From: Octopus vulgaris | Taxonomy: Eukaryota | Assembly (NCBI GenBank): GCA_951406725.2 | Contig: OX597815.1 | Location: 44,082,001-44,146,000, forward strand | DNA length: 64,000 nt | Direction: 5' to 3' | The notes under the pieces: model-generated | The model's database searches: none | Seen by the model: only the letters and a program-made list of their open reading frames with translations | Told to the model about the DNA's origin: nothing | Shown: one piece after another, positions 25,357 to 37,522 of the stretch | Position numbering within the stretch: the first letter of the stretch is position 1 | Layout of the letters: the number at the start of each line of letters is the position of its first letter | Translations under genes and position numbers: made by a program

Positions 25357-25602
25357 CTTATATTCTTTTACACGTTTCAGTCATTTGACTGCGGCCATGT
25401 TGAAACACCACCTCAAGAGGTTTTAGCCGAACAAATCGACCCCAGGACTTATTTTTTGTCAGCCAAGTACTTATTTTGTTGGTGTCTTTTGCCGAATCGC
25501 AAGTTTACGAGGACATAAACACACCACCATAGGCTGTCAAGCGAAGGCGGGGGGGGGGGCAAACACAGACACAAGGCACACACATGAATATATACATACA
25601 TA

Positions 25603-25638
<36 letters not shown>

Positions 25639-25800
25639 GCGGCGGGCTTCTCTCAGTTTCCATCTACCAGATTCACTCACAAGGCTTTGGTCGACCAGGG
25701 TCTGTAGTAGAATACACTTGCCCAAGGTGCCACGCAGTGGGACTGAACCCGGTTCTATGTGTTTGGGAAGCAAGCTTCTTACCATACAATCATGCTCGCA
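25357..25800 (-). mobile_element. SINE family A
   Basis: Full copy on the minus strand. Confidence 0.85.
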
Positions 25801-25971
25801 CCGAAGAAAGTTCATCCTTTTTTTTTTTTTGCAGTTTACACAAAATTAGTTAAATTTGAAATGTCTGTGTCAGTTGGAGACTGTTTGTATACAGTTAAGC
25901 TGTTTTGTTTCTGCGGTTTGAATGTTCGTTGTCGTCGTCGTCGTCGTCGTCGTTGTTGTTGTTGTTGTTGT

Positions 25972-26012
<41 letters not shown>

Positions 26013-26099
26013 TAGTTTAGGCAGTTAAGAATTTGGCTGTAGTTGGGGATTTTGTGCTTGTTGCTTTCATTGTATCCCCGTAATCTTTTTCAAGAGTAC

Positions 26100-27900
26100 C
26101 GCATGAGATATGAATGGTCATCAGGCAGGCCGAAGAACTAAGAAACTTTAAAGTAATTTTTTGTTAGTCTTGCCATTCAGAAAACTCTGCAGGCTGCAAT
26201 CTGCCAATGGCTGCTAGCAATGCTAATTTTATTTCTCATACCTTTTATAATATTTACTGTAAAGCAGCACCTTCGTCTCTATACTCACTTTCCTCCTCAA
26301 GTGGGATTTGAAAAAGTTGACGAGGCCTTAATCTCAAAGGAAAAATTCTGTCTTCAAACATTTCAACCACTTCTACCATTCAACTTTCTTCGTCGTTCCC
26401 AAAAAACAGGAAAACTATCCGCTTTTCCTTGCGAAGAAATCGATTCCAAGCCACCGTTGCTAGCTTTTTATCTCCACTTACCATTTATAGTATATGAGGG
26501 CTCTATTTTTCATCGAATACATTATCCACTTGATAAAGTCAATGAGCATCGAGCAACATTTGAGATGCTGAAGTTTCAACCTAAGTCTACATGTAATCAA
26601 AGAATCTACTTGTGGGAAAATGCATCGGACGAGAGACGACCCCATCTGATCACCATATTCAATGTCAAAGAATCTCTGCATGTACTTCACCCTCGGCGTC
26701 TGCCTGTGTGTCATCCACAGCATTTCAAATCCTTTTCCTTTTAATTTTTCGCTGGCAGTAAATAGACAGCCTAACCAACACGACCGATTACACCCACAAG
26801 AACCGCAAAAGCATATTTCCAAACTAACAATATATTTCCTAAGTCAATGTACGACTGTCAGATGGAAATAAACGACCGAAACGATGATGATACTAACTTT
26901 ATCCAACCGAACTTTTGAGGATAACTTCCCTTCAACCCATTTCTTAGTGCTCTAGTCATCCTGTTCATACTGACCAAGACGTTTTGTTGAAACCAAACCG
27001 AAAATATCTTCACTCCAGTCATCGAGAAAAGCCGCTACCTTGCATCTGACGCAGGGTTTGCCTTTCCACTTGTTGAGTTGCAAGTCCACTAACTTGTTCC
27101 AGTTCATTGATGTCCCTTACTGTTTGGCATTTTTCGCAATGGTACCGCCCATCTCTCTTTCTCACGAGTTCGTTACCATCATGGTGATGGTGTTATTCAG
27201 AATAAATACGTTGTCTCTCGTCGTTTCTAACCCTGCAGCATAGAGGTAGCGATAAGCCATGCAGAAGAGACAATAGTAGCAACCATAGCAAATCGATTCC
27301 ACGACGTAAAACGGTCCAGTGGTTGGTCATTTAGTTTGACCACTGAAATTATTCCTCAATCCAGCCTTTGAAATCGAGACCGAAACTATATACATCCAGG
27401 ACAATCACAGGACAGTGATCAATCTAAAGATGTCAAAACACTTTTAACGGATGTAAATTAACCAGTGCACAATCGGAGCCAGAGCTAGTGTCGACCCGTT
27501 CTACGTATATTGTATGAACTGGAGGTTGTCGTAAATAACCTAACTGGGATCGTGCAAGTTTGCTCATCTCCGACTAAATTACAAATAAAAATAAAGCTCT
27601 TCGCCAAAGCTTTTGCCAAATCTTTAACTCTGCCGTTTGTCACCATTCCTCGGTTTGCAGAACTTGGAATTCTTCTAGTTGACATGAACTGGAGGTTGTC
27701 GTAAATAACCTAACTGGGATCGTGCAAGTTTGCTCATCTCCGACTAAATTACAAATAAAAATAAAGCTCTTCGCCAAAGCTTTTGCCAAATCTTTAACTC
27801 TGCCGTTTGTCACCATTCCTCGGTTTGCAGAACTTGGAATTCTTCTAGTTGACATGTAAGACACTACCAAACCAGTAGCAAGCAAATCTGGTATCTAACA
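26100..27900 (-). mobile_element. L1/Tx1-like LINE ORF2 relic
   Basis: Frameshifted minus-strand motifs KDLAKALAK..LVGDEQTCTIP, IDH..VL..FGLDFKGWI and W..KLSSKVR resemble L1/Tx1 RT and the region after it. Confidence 0.55.
27514..27856. repeat. Perfect 170-bp tandem duplication
   Basis: 27514-27683 equals 27684-27853, with ATG microhomology at the junctions. Confidence 0.95.
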
Positions 27901-28069
27901 GTAAATTTGAAAGGCAAACCATCCAGTTCCTGTGATTTGTCTGCCACAGACTAGCTCAACACGTATACAGCTTCATGTATGAAAACCAGTTTTGCGCAGC
28001 AGTCTACGTGTTCGGCCAATTGTCACAGCCGATTCTTTAGATTAGTATGTATTTATATTCTTTTCTATT

Positions 28070-28225
28070 CTAGGCACAAGGCCCGAAATTTTAGGGGAGA
28101 AGGCAGTCGATTAGATCGACTACAGTACGCAACTGGTACTTAATTTATCGACTCCGAAAGGATGAAAGGCAAAGTCGACCTCGGCGGAATTTGAACTCAA
28201 AATGTAAAAACAGACGAAATACTCT
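28070..28225 (-). mobile_element. SINE family B (head-truncated)
   Basis: gaaaggatgaaaggcaaagtcgacctcggcggaatttgaactc. Confidence 0.8.
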
Positions 28226-28625
28226 GAAAAGCTGCTGACACCTGCTTGAAAACAGATTGCACGCGTCCACTGCGTCCGCCAAAATTTCGTGTGTCTTTCG
28301 TACTTTTATGTTTTAGACAACGCCCTCAACGAATAGTTTATCCTTTACGTTTTGAGTCTAGAAATTAAGTCGCAAACTTTTCTCGTTGCACACGCCTCGT
28401 AAATGACGCTTTTCTGTTTTCTTTCTTTCTTTCTTTCTTTTTTTTTTTAAATATTATTTACTCTTCTCTACTGCTATGTCTAATTGCCGAAACTGACCGA
28501 TTCTGCTCTCAAATTTTCATTTTTACTGATAACCACCACCGGTTACTATAATTGTGCTTATCGATTACAGCCTAACCAATTTGTTAATCCATTCCCTGAA
28601 AATTACATTCAATTTCCAGTACCTG

Positions 28626-28970
<345 letters not shown>

Positions 28971-29279
28971 AGAGGAACGTTGACATAAGATGAAACTAGA
29001 ACAGTAAGAATCAAAGGAATATGAGAAGAAGAAGAAGAAAGATAGCAAAGGAAACTGCAAAAGTGCAAAAGAAAGAAATTGCAGTTTGATAAATAAAAAT
29101 GTAATGAAAAGAGGGTTAACTGGGGGGGGGGAGGGTCTAACGAAAGAGCGAAACTAAAAGTGAGAGAAGCAGAGAAGAAATTATAGAAAGAAAAAAAAAC
29201 AATAAAGGAACAAGTAAAGAAGTTTGCATGCAATACATGCAGAATTCTTTATTTTATAACATTCTTTGGTAGTGTCGAC

Positions 29280-29560
29280 AATCAGGCGATTCCAGTGTTG
29301 CAGAAAATGGGCGGGACACAAAATTTTATTTCTTTGTTGGGACCGTTTGATTGACAGCTACTGTGAACGTCTGTAATGTATGCGGCAAACCCTCTTTGTT
29401 GTGTTGACATTTTTTTTTAACAATTTGAGATTTACTGACACTGTGAGGACCGTATTGCTCGCCATGTGCTTGAAATTTACTCGGGGAGAGGGGTTTGTCA
29501 GCGGCAGAGGGTGGTGCTACAAAAACTTGATTCAATGAGCGGGTCTATATCAAAGTGTTT
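29280..29560. promoter_or_regulatory. Candidate enhancer (Pbx/Meis, Sox and TCF motif cluster)
   Basis: Repeat-free island with TGATTGACAG at 29348-29357, CTTTGTT twice, AACAAT, and ATCAAAG at 29549-29555. Confidence 0.35.
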
Positions 29561-29834
29561 ATGCGCGCGAGCGTGTGTGTGTGTGCGTGTGTGGAAGGTG
29601 CATTCGTCGTAAGAGAAAGATAGAGAGTGGAAAGAAAGAGAAAAGAGAGGTGTGCTTTAGCGTCAGTGTGCAAAGAAGGGGAGTAGAAAGAGAAGAAACA
29701 GTGTCTATATGCATCTGTATATGTTTATGCATTATATCTATATGTTTATGTACCGTATGAATGTCTATGTACGTGCGTGTTTGTGTCCATATATGTTTGA
29801 CGTATTTGTGAGGGAATGTTTGCGTGTGCATGTG

Positions 29835-29885
<51 letters not shown>

Positions 29886-30317
29886 ATGTGTGTGTATGTG
29901 TGTGCGTATATATGTATCTGTGTTACGTGAAATGCCTCTGGTTCTGGTTCTGGTTATCATTACTAAGTAATGTTTTTTGGCGTGTAAATATAATTTAAGC
30001 TTTTGGTCTTTAATTAATGAATTGGCTAAGTTATCTTAGCTTAATTAATATTTTCATTAGTAGTTGTGGAGGGTGTTATTGCTTTTTGGATGGCAACGGG
30101 AAAGTTAAAAAGAAAAAAACCAGAAACCCATTAACCTAATTCTTACGGATTAGTTACGTGGAGGATTAATGGAAAGAGATAAAGTAGTTTGAAACGCTGA
30201 GTAAACTTTTTTCCTGGCATCGCAATATATAAATATACTGGGGAAATTGAAAACACAAACTGGGTCAGTCCGTTATGATGTTGTTTAACAACACCGACGA
30301 AGACACAGAATATAAAC

Positions 30318-30349
<32 letters not shown>

Positions 30350-30468
30350 GCTGCTGTTTTTAGTTTAAACTTACAAAATTACATATTCTTTCTGCAAAAA
30401 TCTTATTTCATTTTATGGTTTTAGTCTGGAAGAAAACCTAGCACCTATGATATTCGTAGACCATCCAA

Positions 30469-30893
30469 AAGGCGGGCGAGCTGGCAGAACCGTTAAGCAC
30501 GCCGGGCGAAATGCTTAGCCGTATTTCGTCTGCCGTTACGTTCTGAGTTCAAATTCCGCCGAGGTCGACTTTGCCTTTCATCCTTTCGGGGTCGATAAAT
30601 TAAGTACCAGTCACGCACTGGGGTCGATGTAATCGACTTAATACCTATGTCTGTCCTTGTTTGTCCCCTCTGTGTTTAGCCCCTTGTGGGTAAAAAAGAA
30701 ATACGTATTTCGTCTGCCGTTACGTTCTGAGTTCAAATTCCGCCGAGGTCGACTTTGCCTTTCATCCTTTCGGGTCGATAAATTAAGTACCAGTTACGCA
30801 CTGGGGTCGATGTAATCGACTTAATCCGTTTGTCTATCCTTGTTTGTCCCCTCTATGTTTAGCCTCTTGTCGGTAATAAAGAAACAGATTTTC
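30469..30893 (+). mobile_element. Dimeric SINE family B insertion with 17-bp TSD
   Basis: Full monomer plus a 5'-truncated second monomer, flanked by attcgtagaccatccaa (30452-30468 and 30894-30910). Confidence 0.9.
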
Positions 30894-30949
30894 ATTCGTA
30901 GACCATCCAAGACTCCTGAATGAGATCAATATGGTGTGTCTTCTGCTTG

Positions 30950-31375
30950 GATGTGGCCCTGTGTAAGGAGCTTGCTTCCCAATAACATGATTGAGACAGA
31001 GTTCAATCCTACCACTTGGCACCTTGGGCAACTATTTTCTACTATAGCTCCAAGCTGACAAAAGTCTTGTGAGAGGCTTTGGTAGAAGGAAACTAAAAGA
31101 ATTACCCGCGTGTGTACGTGCATGTGTGTGTGAGTGCGTTTGTGTGTATGTGTGTGTGTATCTTTGTGTTTATTCTCTCATCCGCACCGCTTGACAACCG
31201 GTGTTGCTTTATTTACATCCCCTGTAATCTAGCCGTTGGACAAAAAGAGACCAATATGATAAGTATCAGACTTCTAAAAAATAGTACTGGGGTTGCTTTG
31301 TCGACTAAACCCTTCAAGGCTGTGCTCCAGCATGGCCGCAGTCTAATGATTGAAACAGCCAAAAGATTAAAGACA
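30950..31375 (+). mobile_element. SINE family A (diverged)
   Basis: Head, caccttgggcaa segment and tail present. Confidence 0.8.
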
Positions 31376-31742
31376 AAAATAAATAGAAAATCTGGGCAGA
31401 GAGAGAATTCTGTTAAGATGACTCTCTTGGGTGCAAGAATTAGAGAACAAATGATATTTCTATTTATTTATTTAATTATTTATCTTTCATTTTCTTTCCA
31501 GATATATTATCGAAATCGTAAATGTCTGCCTTTGCTCTGTTTAACTGATAACAATTATCAATCGATGCCATTTCGTTCAACAGACAATGTCTTTTCTTCA
31601 TTATGAAGTTTCTTCGACTATTGATTTAGAACAATGTAAAGGTTAAGGGTTCTAATATATGACAGTTGTTTCAACCAGGGTCCATGTAACGCTAAGGCAT
31701 CCCTATAACATTATAAAAATTTAATAGAATTTTTTTAAACAT

Positions 31743-32095
31743 GTGGCTGTGTAGTAAGAAGCTTGCTTCCCAACTACAAAGTTCCGTGTTCATTCCCACT
31801 GCGTGGTACCTTGGGCAAGTATCTTCTACTATAGCCTCGAGCCGACCAAAGCCTTGTGAGTGAATTTGGTAGACGGAACGGGAAAGAAGCCTGTCATATA
31901 TATGTGGCGGGGGGCTCTTGGTGTGTATCTAGGTTTGCGCTTGTCTCTGTGTTCCTACCCGCACAATTGCTTGACAACCGATGTTTGCGTGCTTACGTCC
32001 CTGTAACGCACAATATGTACTCGGCTTACAAAAATAAGTCCTGAGGTCGATTTCTTCGACTAAAACCCTTTAAGGCGGTGCTAATGACTGAAGCA
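31743..32095 (+). mobile_element. SINE family A
   Basis: gtggctgtgtagtaagaagcttgcttcccaac...; the 3' half is partly deleted. Confidence 0.8.
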
Positions 32096-32317
32096 ATTAA
32101 CAGAATAACAACAAAATTAAAAAGGCTATGAGGATCCATCCAAGTAAAACAGTAAGCAAAAGGGTTATTAAGTAAAAAAAAGTATGGAGGGCGGGGTGAG
32201 AACCACTTGTGTGTAAGGAGTGTAAAACTAAGAGATGGCGATTACCTCTGAATGATTTTAATTTCAAATTTGGGTCACCGCCAACTTTAACTATTTCCCA
32301 TGACACTTATAGGCTAC

Positions 32318-32843
32318 TCTTTTACTCTCTCTTTTACTCTTTTACTTGTTTCAGTCATTTGACTGCGGCCATGCTGGAGCACCGCCTTTAGTCGAGCAAC
32401 TCGACCCCGGGACTTATTCTTTTTGTAAGCCCAGTACTTATTCTATCGGTCTCTTTTTGCCGAACCGCTAAGTGACGGGGACGTAAACATACCAGCATCG
32501 GTTGTCAAGCAATGCTAGGGGAACAAACACAGACACACAAACACACACACATACATATATAAATATATGTACATATATACGACAGGCTTCTTTCAGTTTC
32601 CGTCTACCAAATCCACTCACAATGCATTGGTCGGCCCAGGGCTATAGCAGAAGACACTTGCCCAAGATGCCACGCAGTGGGATTGAACCCGGAACCATGT
32701 GGTTGGTTAGCAAGCTACTCACAGGGTTTTGATCTGCCCGAGGTTATAGTAGAAGACATTTGCCCAAGGTGCCACGCAGTGGGACTGAAATCTGACTGGC
32801 ATATTGTTGGGAAGCAAACTTCTTTCCACACAGCGACACTGCG
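32318..32843 (-). mobile_element. SINE family A plus an adjacent second head fragment
   Basis: Near-complete copy 32318-32722, followed by another 5' fragment ending at 32843. Confidence 0.85.
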
Positions 32844-32885
32844 CCGATGATATTTGATAATTAGGCAATAAGAATTCTTGATATA

Positions 32886-34172
32886 CGAGGGACGTTCATT
32901 AAGTAATGCCCCTGACCCACTTGGAGTTGTTTGATCTAGCTGAAATTGATCTGCATGTGCAATTATTTATATCTCTATAGATTAAGTGGCAAATTACAGC
33001 TCTGAACTAATTGCGGTTTCTGATTTACAGGTGTTTGAACTGAGTCAAGTGTGAAATGGAGCCTGTTGAGTGTCGAGCAGTGATCCGGTTTTTGTATTTG
33101 AAAGGACGCACAGCACGGGAGACTTTTGATGAAATGAAAGTAACTTATGGTGAGGATGCCCCATCATATAACCTTGTAAAACGCTGACATCGTGAATTCA
33201 AACATGGTCGGAACTCTGTGGAAACAGCTCCCAGATCTGGTCGCCCCCTTCTGCCATTCATGAGGCATCTGTCCGTCAAGTTGAGGCTGCCATTTTGGAA
33301 GATCGACGCATAACAATTCGCCATCAGGTCAAGATTAGTACCGGGTCTGTGGAAACTATCATTCATGACCATTTGCATATGCAAAAGGTGTCTGCCAGAT
33401 GGATTTCCAGGTTGCTCACACCTTTCCAGAAGCAAGAACGCGTCGAGTGCTCGAGGATGAATTTGGAGATGTGCCAAGAAGATGAGTCAAAATTTTTCAA
33501 AAGACTGATTACACTGGATGAAACCTAGGTCCATCACCATGATCCAGAGACCAAAGCCCAGTCAATGCAGTGGAAGCACCGTGACTCACCTCCTCCAAAG
33601 GAGGCAAGGGTGCAGCCCTTCGCTGGCAAGGTCATGCTCACAGTCTTCTGGGACCAGGACAGAGTAGTGATGACAGATTTCCTGGCAAAGGGTACCACAA
33701 TTACAGGAGCCTATTATGCTTCACTTTTGAGGAAATTAAGAGAAGCTATCAAAATCAAGAGGCGGGGCAAGATCAGCAAAGGCATCCTCCTCCTGCAGGA
33801 CAACGCTACGGTCCACAACTCGCGTGTCGCCAGATCAGAAGCACAGGCGTGCGGCTATGAACTCCTCCCCCATTCCCCTCTACTCTCCTGACCTTGCACC
33901 CTCTGATTTTCACATCTTTCCATCCATGAAGTTGTTTTTGAAAGGAAAGCGTTTCCCAGATTGTGCAGCCTTGATTTCTGAAGTCACGTCGTGGTTGGAG
34001 GACCAAGCTGGGGTCTTCTACAAAAACGGTTTCCAGAGCTGCATCAAACGAGGGGAGAAATGCGTAACTCTGGGTGGTTCCTATGTAGAAAAAGACTAAT
34101 AACTGTGCCAAGTTTCGTTGCTCTACTGCTATGGGAAGTGGGTCAGGGACATTACTTATTGAACGCCCCTCG
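32886..34172 (+). mobile_element. Full-length mariner DNA transposon (irritans-like, defective)
   Basis: TIRs cgagggacgttcattaagtaatgcccctgacccactt / aagtgggtcagggacattacttattgaacgcccctcg, TA flanks, 1287 bp. Confidence 0.95.
33056..34099 (+). pseudogene. Mariner transposase pseudogene
   Basis: MEPVECRAVIRFL..., ARWISRLLT, ITLDET, LLQDNA, YSPDLAPSDF. In-frame stops and frameshifts. Confidence 0.9.
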
Positions 34173-34221
34173 TAAGTGGAGACCACGTTTTTAACTTGAA
34201 AATTCTGTCAGTCGGAAAAGT

Positions 34222-34628
34222 TACTCTTTTACTCTTTTTATTCTTTTACTTGTTTCAGTCATTTGACTGTGGCCATGCTGGGGCACCGCCTTTAGTCGAG
34301 CACATCGACCCCAGGATTTATTCTTTGTAAGCCTAGTACTTATTCTATCGGTCTCTTTTGCCGAACCGTTAAGTTACGGAGACGTAAACACACCAGCATC
34401 GGTTCTCAAGCGATGTTAGCGGGACAAACACACAAACATATACACGCACATACATATACATATATACGACGGGCTTCTTTCAGTTTCCGCATACCAAATC
34501 CACTCACAAGGCATTGGTCGGCCTGAGGCTATAGTAGAAGGCACTTGCCCAAGGTGCCACGCAGTGGGACTGAACCCGGAAGCATGTAGTTCGTAAGCAA
34601 GCTACTTACCACACAGCCACTCCTACGC
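34222..34628 (-). mobile_element. SINE family A
   Basis: Full copy with a short internal microsatellite. Confidence 0.9.
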
Positions 34629-34656
34629 TAATCAATATTTCAAAAGGAATATAGGA

Positions 34657-34870
34657 TGGCGAGCTTGCAGAACCTTTAGCACACCGGGTAAAATGTTTAA
34701 CGATATTTTGTCCACTTTTACGTTCTGATTTCAAATTCCACCGACGTTGACTTTGCTTTTCATTCTTTCGGGGTCGATAAAATAAGTACCAGTTTAGTCC
34801 TAGAGTCGATGTAATCGACTTAAGCCCTCTCGCTAAATTGTTGGCTTTGTGCCAAAAGTTGAAATCAGTA
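34657..34870 (+). mobile_element. SINE family B (diverged)
   Basis: tggcgagcttgcagaacc...ttcggggtcgataaaataagtacc. Confidence 0.75.
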
Positions 34871-34904
34871 TTTCAAATGAGGAGCTGAGGCAGAATGTTA
34901 AATA

Positions 34905-35066
34905 GGCGTGGGTCTGTGGTAAGAAGCTTGCTTACCAACCACAAGGTTCTGAGTTCAGTCCCACTGCGCGGCACCTCGGACGACTGTCTTCTACTATAGC
35001 CTCGGGCCGTTAAAAACCTTGTGAGTGGATCTTGTAGACGGAAACTGAGAGAACCCTGTCATGTGT

Positions 35067-35161
<95 letters not shown>

Positions 35162-35400
35162 ATGCGTGCGTGTGTGTGTATGTCTTTGTGTCTATGTTTG
35201 TCCCACCACCATCGCTTGACAACTGATGTTGGTGTGTTTACTTCCCCGTAATTTAGCAGTTCGGCAAAAAAGACCGATAGAATAAGTACTATGATGAAGA
35301 ATAAGTTCTGAGGTCGATTTCTTCGACTCAGAAACCCTTCAAAGCAGTGCTGTAGCATGACCGCAGTCACATGACTGCAACAAGTGAAAGAATAAAAGAA
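34905..35400 (+). mobile_element. SINE family A
   Basis: Full copy with internal (TA)(TG)n. Confidence 0.85.
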
Positions 35401-35747
35401 AGCCGCTAACACTCTTTTACTGTCTGGTAGACTGTAAAAACAAAATTGGAAATTAATTCTACTAATTATGATAATCACCCGTGTTGCTGTTACATGGCAC
35501 GAAGTATTACTCAATTTGGTGGCAGCTGAGAGAGATGATAAGATAAGCCTAACAAAAACATGTTGCAGTAAAAGCACCGAAAACCTTGTCAATTATTTAG
35601 TACATCAGCTGCATACTTCAGTAAATTGTACTTATCAATTTGTTCCTTTCGGTCATTAAGAGTTAAATATCGCTTGCATATTTGCGTAGTTCCTAACAGA
35701 CACAAGCAAATCGGTCAATAGGTGAAGCTTATTACATTTAACTATTA

Positions 35748-36260
35748 CGAGGTGCATTCCAGATGTTTTGAGACATTTTTTTTTTTTTACGAAAGACAGT
35801 TATAGCTACTGTGTATACTCGGATGTAAGTCGCACTTTTTTTCCCTGAAATTTTCACCGACTGATAACCGCATCTTACTGTTGTATTTCTATAAAGACAA
35901 TAACTACACAATTTCGAGTTGGTATGACTAATATACACAGAATTATTCCATGAAGATGTGAACATGCACAAGATTTGTGCAAAATTTGTTTCTAGGGTGC
36001 TCAGTGACGAGCATTCTGGCAACCAACTACTTGATAGAAATAGGCATTAAAACTGTCCCTGGACTATAGTCCAGACCTTTCTCCCTGTGACTTTTGGCAG
36101 TTTCCAAAGCTGAAAGAGAACCTCGGGCATAGTCATTTTGAAAATGATTGGGACTGTGACAAGGTTCCTGGTCACCTTCACTTTGAAGAACTTCCATGGG
36201 GGGGGGCTTCACAAAGTCGGTGGAGCGCTGCAACAATTGGCATTCGTGTGCAGAGGAATG
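35748..36260 (+). mobile_element. Internally deleted mariner relic
   Basis: TA-cgaggtgcattcc TIR-like start; fragments MHKICAKFVSRVLSDE and YSPDLSPCDFWQFPKLKE. Confidence 0.7.
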
Positions 36261-36415
36261 CTGCTCAAATTTTTCACAGGTGGTTATCAGCTCTTCAACA
36301 ATAATAATGCCAAGACGATTGAGCCACGTCATTAACAACCACCTTATTTTTATATATATGGTCATCACAATCCCCCTCCTCCTCCTCTTCCTCCTCCTCC
36401 TCCTCCTCCTCCTCC

Positions 36416-36462
<47 letters not shown>

Positions 36463-37272
36463 GTCGTCGTCGTCGTCTTCATTGCTACCATTAGCGCCAT
36501 GCTCATCATCGTCGCCATTATCGAGAACAAAGATAAAGTACATTCCTACATTCATTATTATTGTATTGCTTTTGTCGGTCGTCGAGAATGGAATAAACGT
36601 CACGGCATCCTATTAGCGTTCTTTGTAAATCTAAGGCTTAAAAGAGATAAAATAAATTTCTGCAACGTTTATATGGTTGAACGAAGTTTAGTTGAGCGGA
36701 ACTTTAGTTTGACTTACAAAAGATTTACCATTTCCAGATATGACATGAACGGCTTGTTAATAGAGAATATATGATAATTGATAAAGATTGTAACAGACTA
36801 AATTCTTTTCCGCTTAGAGGTTATAATCGTAAATGTCAGCAAAGTAATGGCTCTGTTATATATTTTTTTTCATACTGTAAGTTGTAGTTGTTGTTGTTCA
36901 TACTGTTATTGTCATTTTCCATACTATGCTCCACTGCACAGGAAGAGTTGTCACAAAACTATTTCCCGAGCACAAAACTTCTCTCCTCTTCTCTTTTCTT
37001 TTTCGTTTCCTTTTCTCTGAACTGTTTGAGAGCTTTTGACACGCTTTCTGGCGCCTAAATAATACTTCCTCTTCTATCTCGTGTGCTATACAACAAGTTA
37101 CAATAGATTCATAATAATATATTTTGTGTTTCTACGAAGATTCTAAATCTTTTCCAGTACTTCTACTTTTCCCCGTCTTTTAATTTCTATTGGTATTGTT
37201 AATGTTCACATTTTAGAAACTTGCAATCTTAAAATATGCGGAAATACTTTGGATGTCTTTTATCTTTTACCG

Positions 37273-37476
37273 TTACTTGTTTCAGTCATTAGACTGCGGC
37301 CATGCTGGGGCAACGCTTTGAAAAAGTTTTAGTCGAATTTATTCTATCGGTTTCTTTTGCCGAACCACCAAGTTACGGTGACGTAAACACACCAAAACCG
37401 ACGACTGTCAAGCGATAGCGGGGGATAACCTCAGATACAAACATACACACACACAAACACAACACACACACACACA

Positions 37477-37515
<39 letters not shown>
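37273..37515 (-). mobile_element. SINE family A, 3' half
   Basis: Tail plus (CA)n. The matching 5' half probably lies at 39005-39165. Confidence 0.75.
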
Positions 37516-37517
<2 letters not shown>

Positions 37518-37522
37518 GTATA

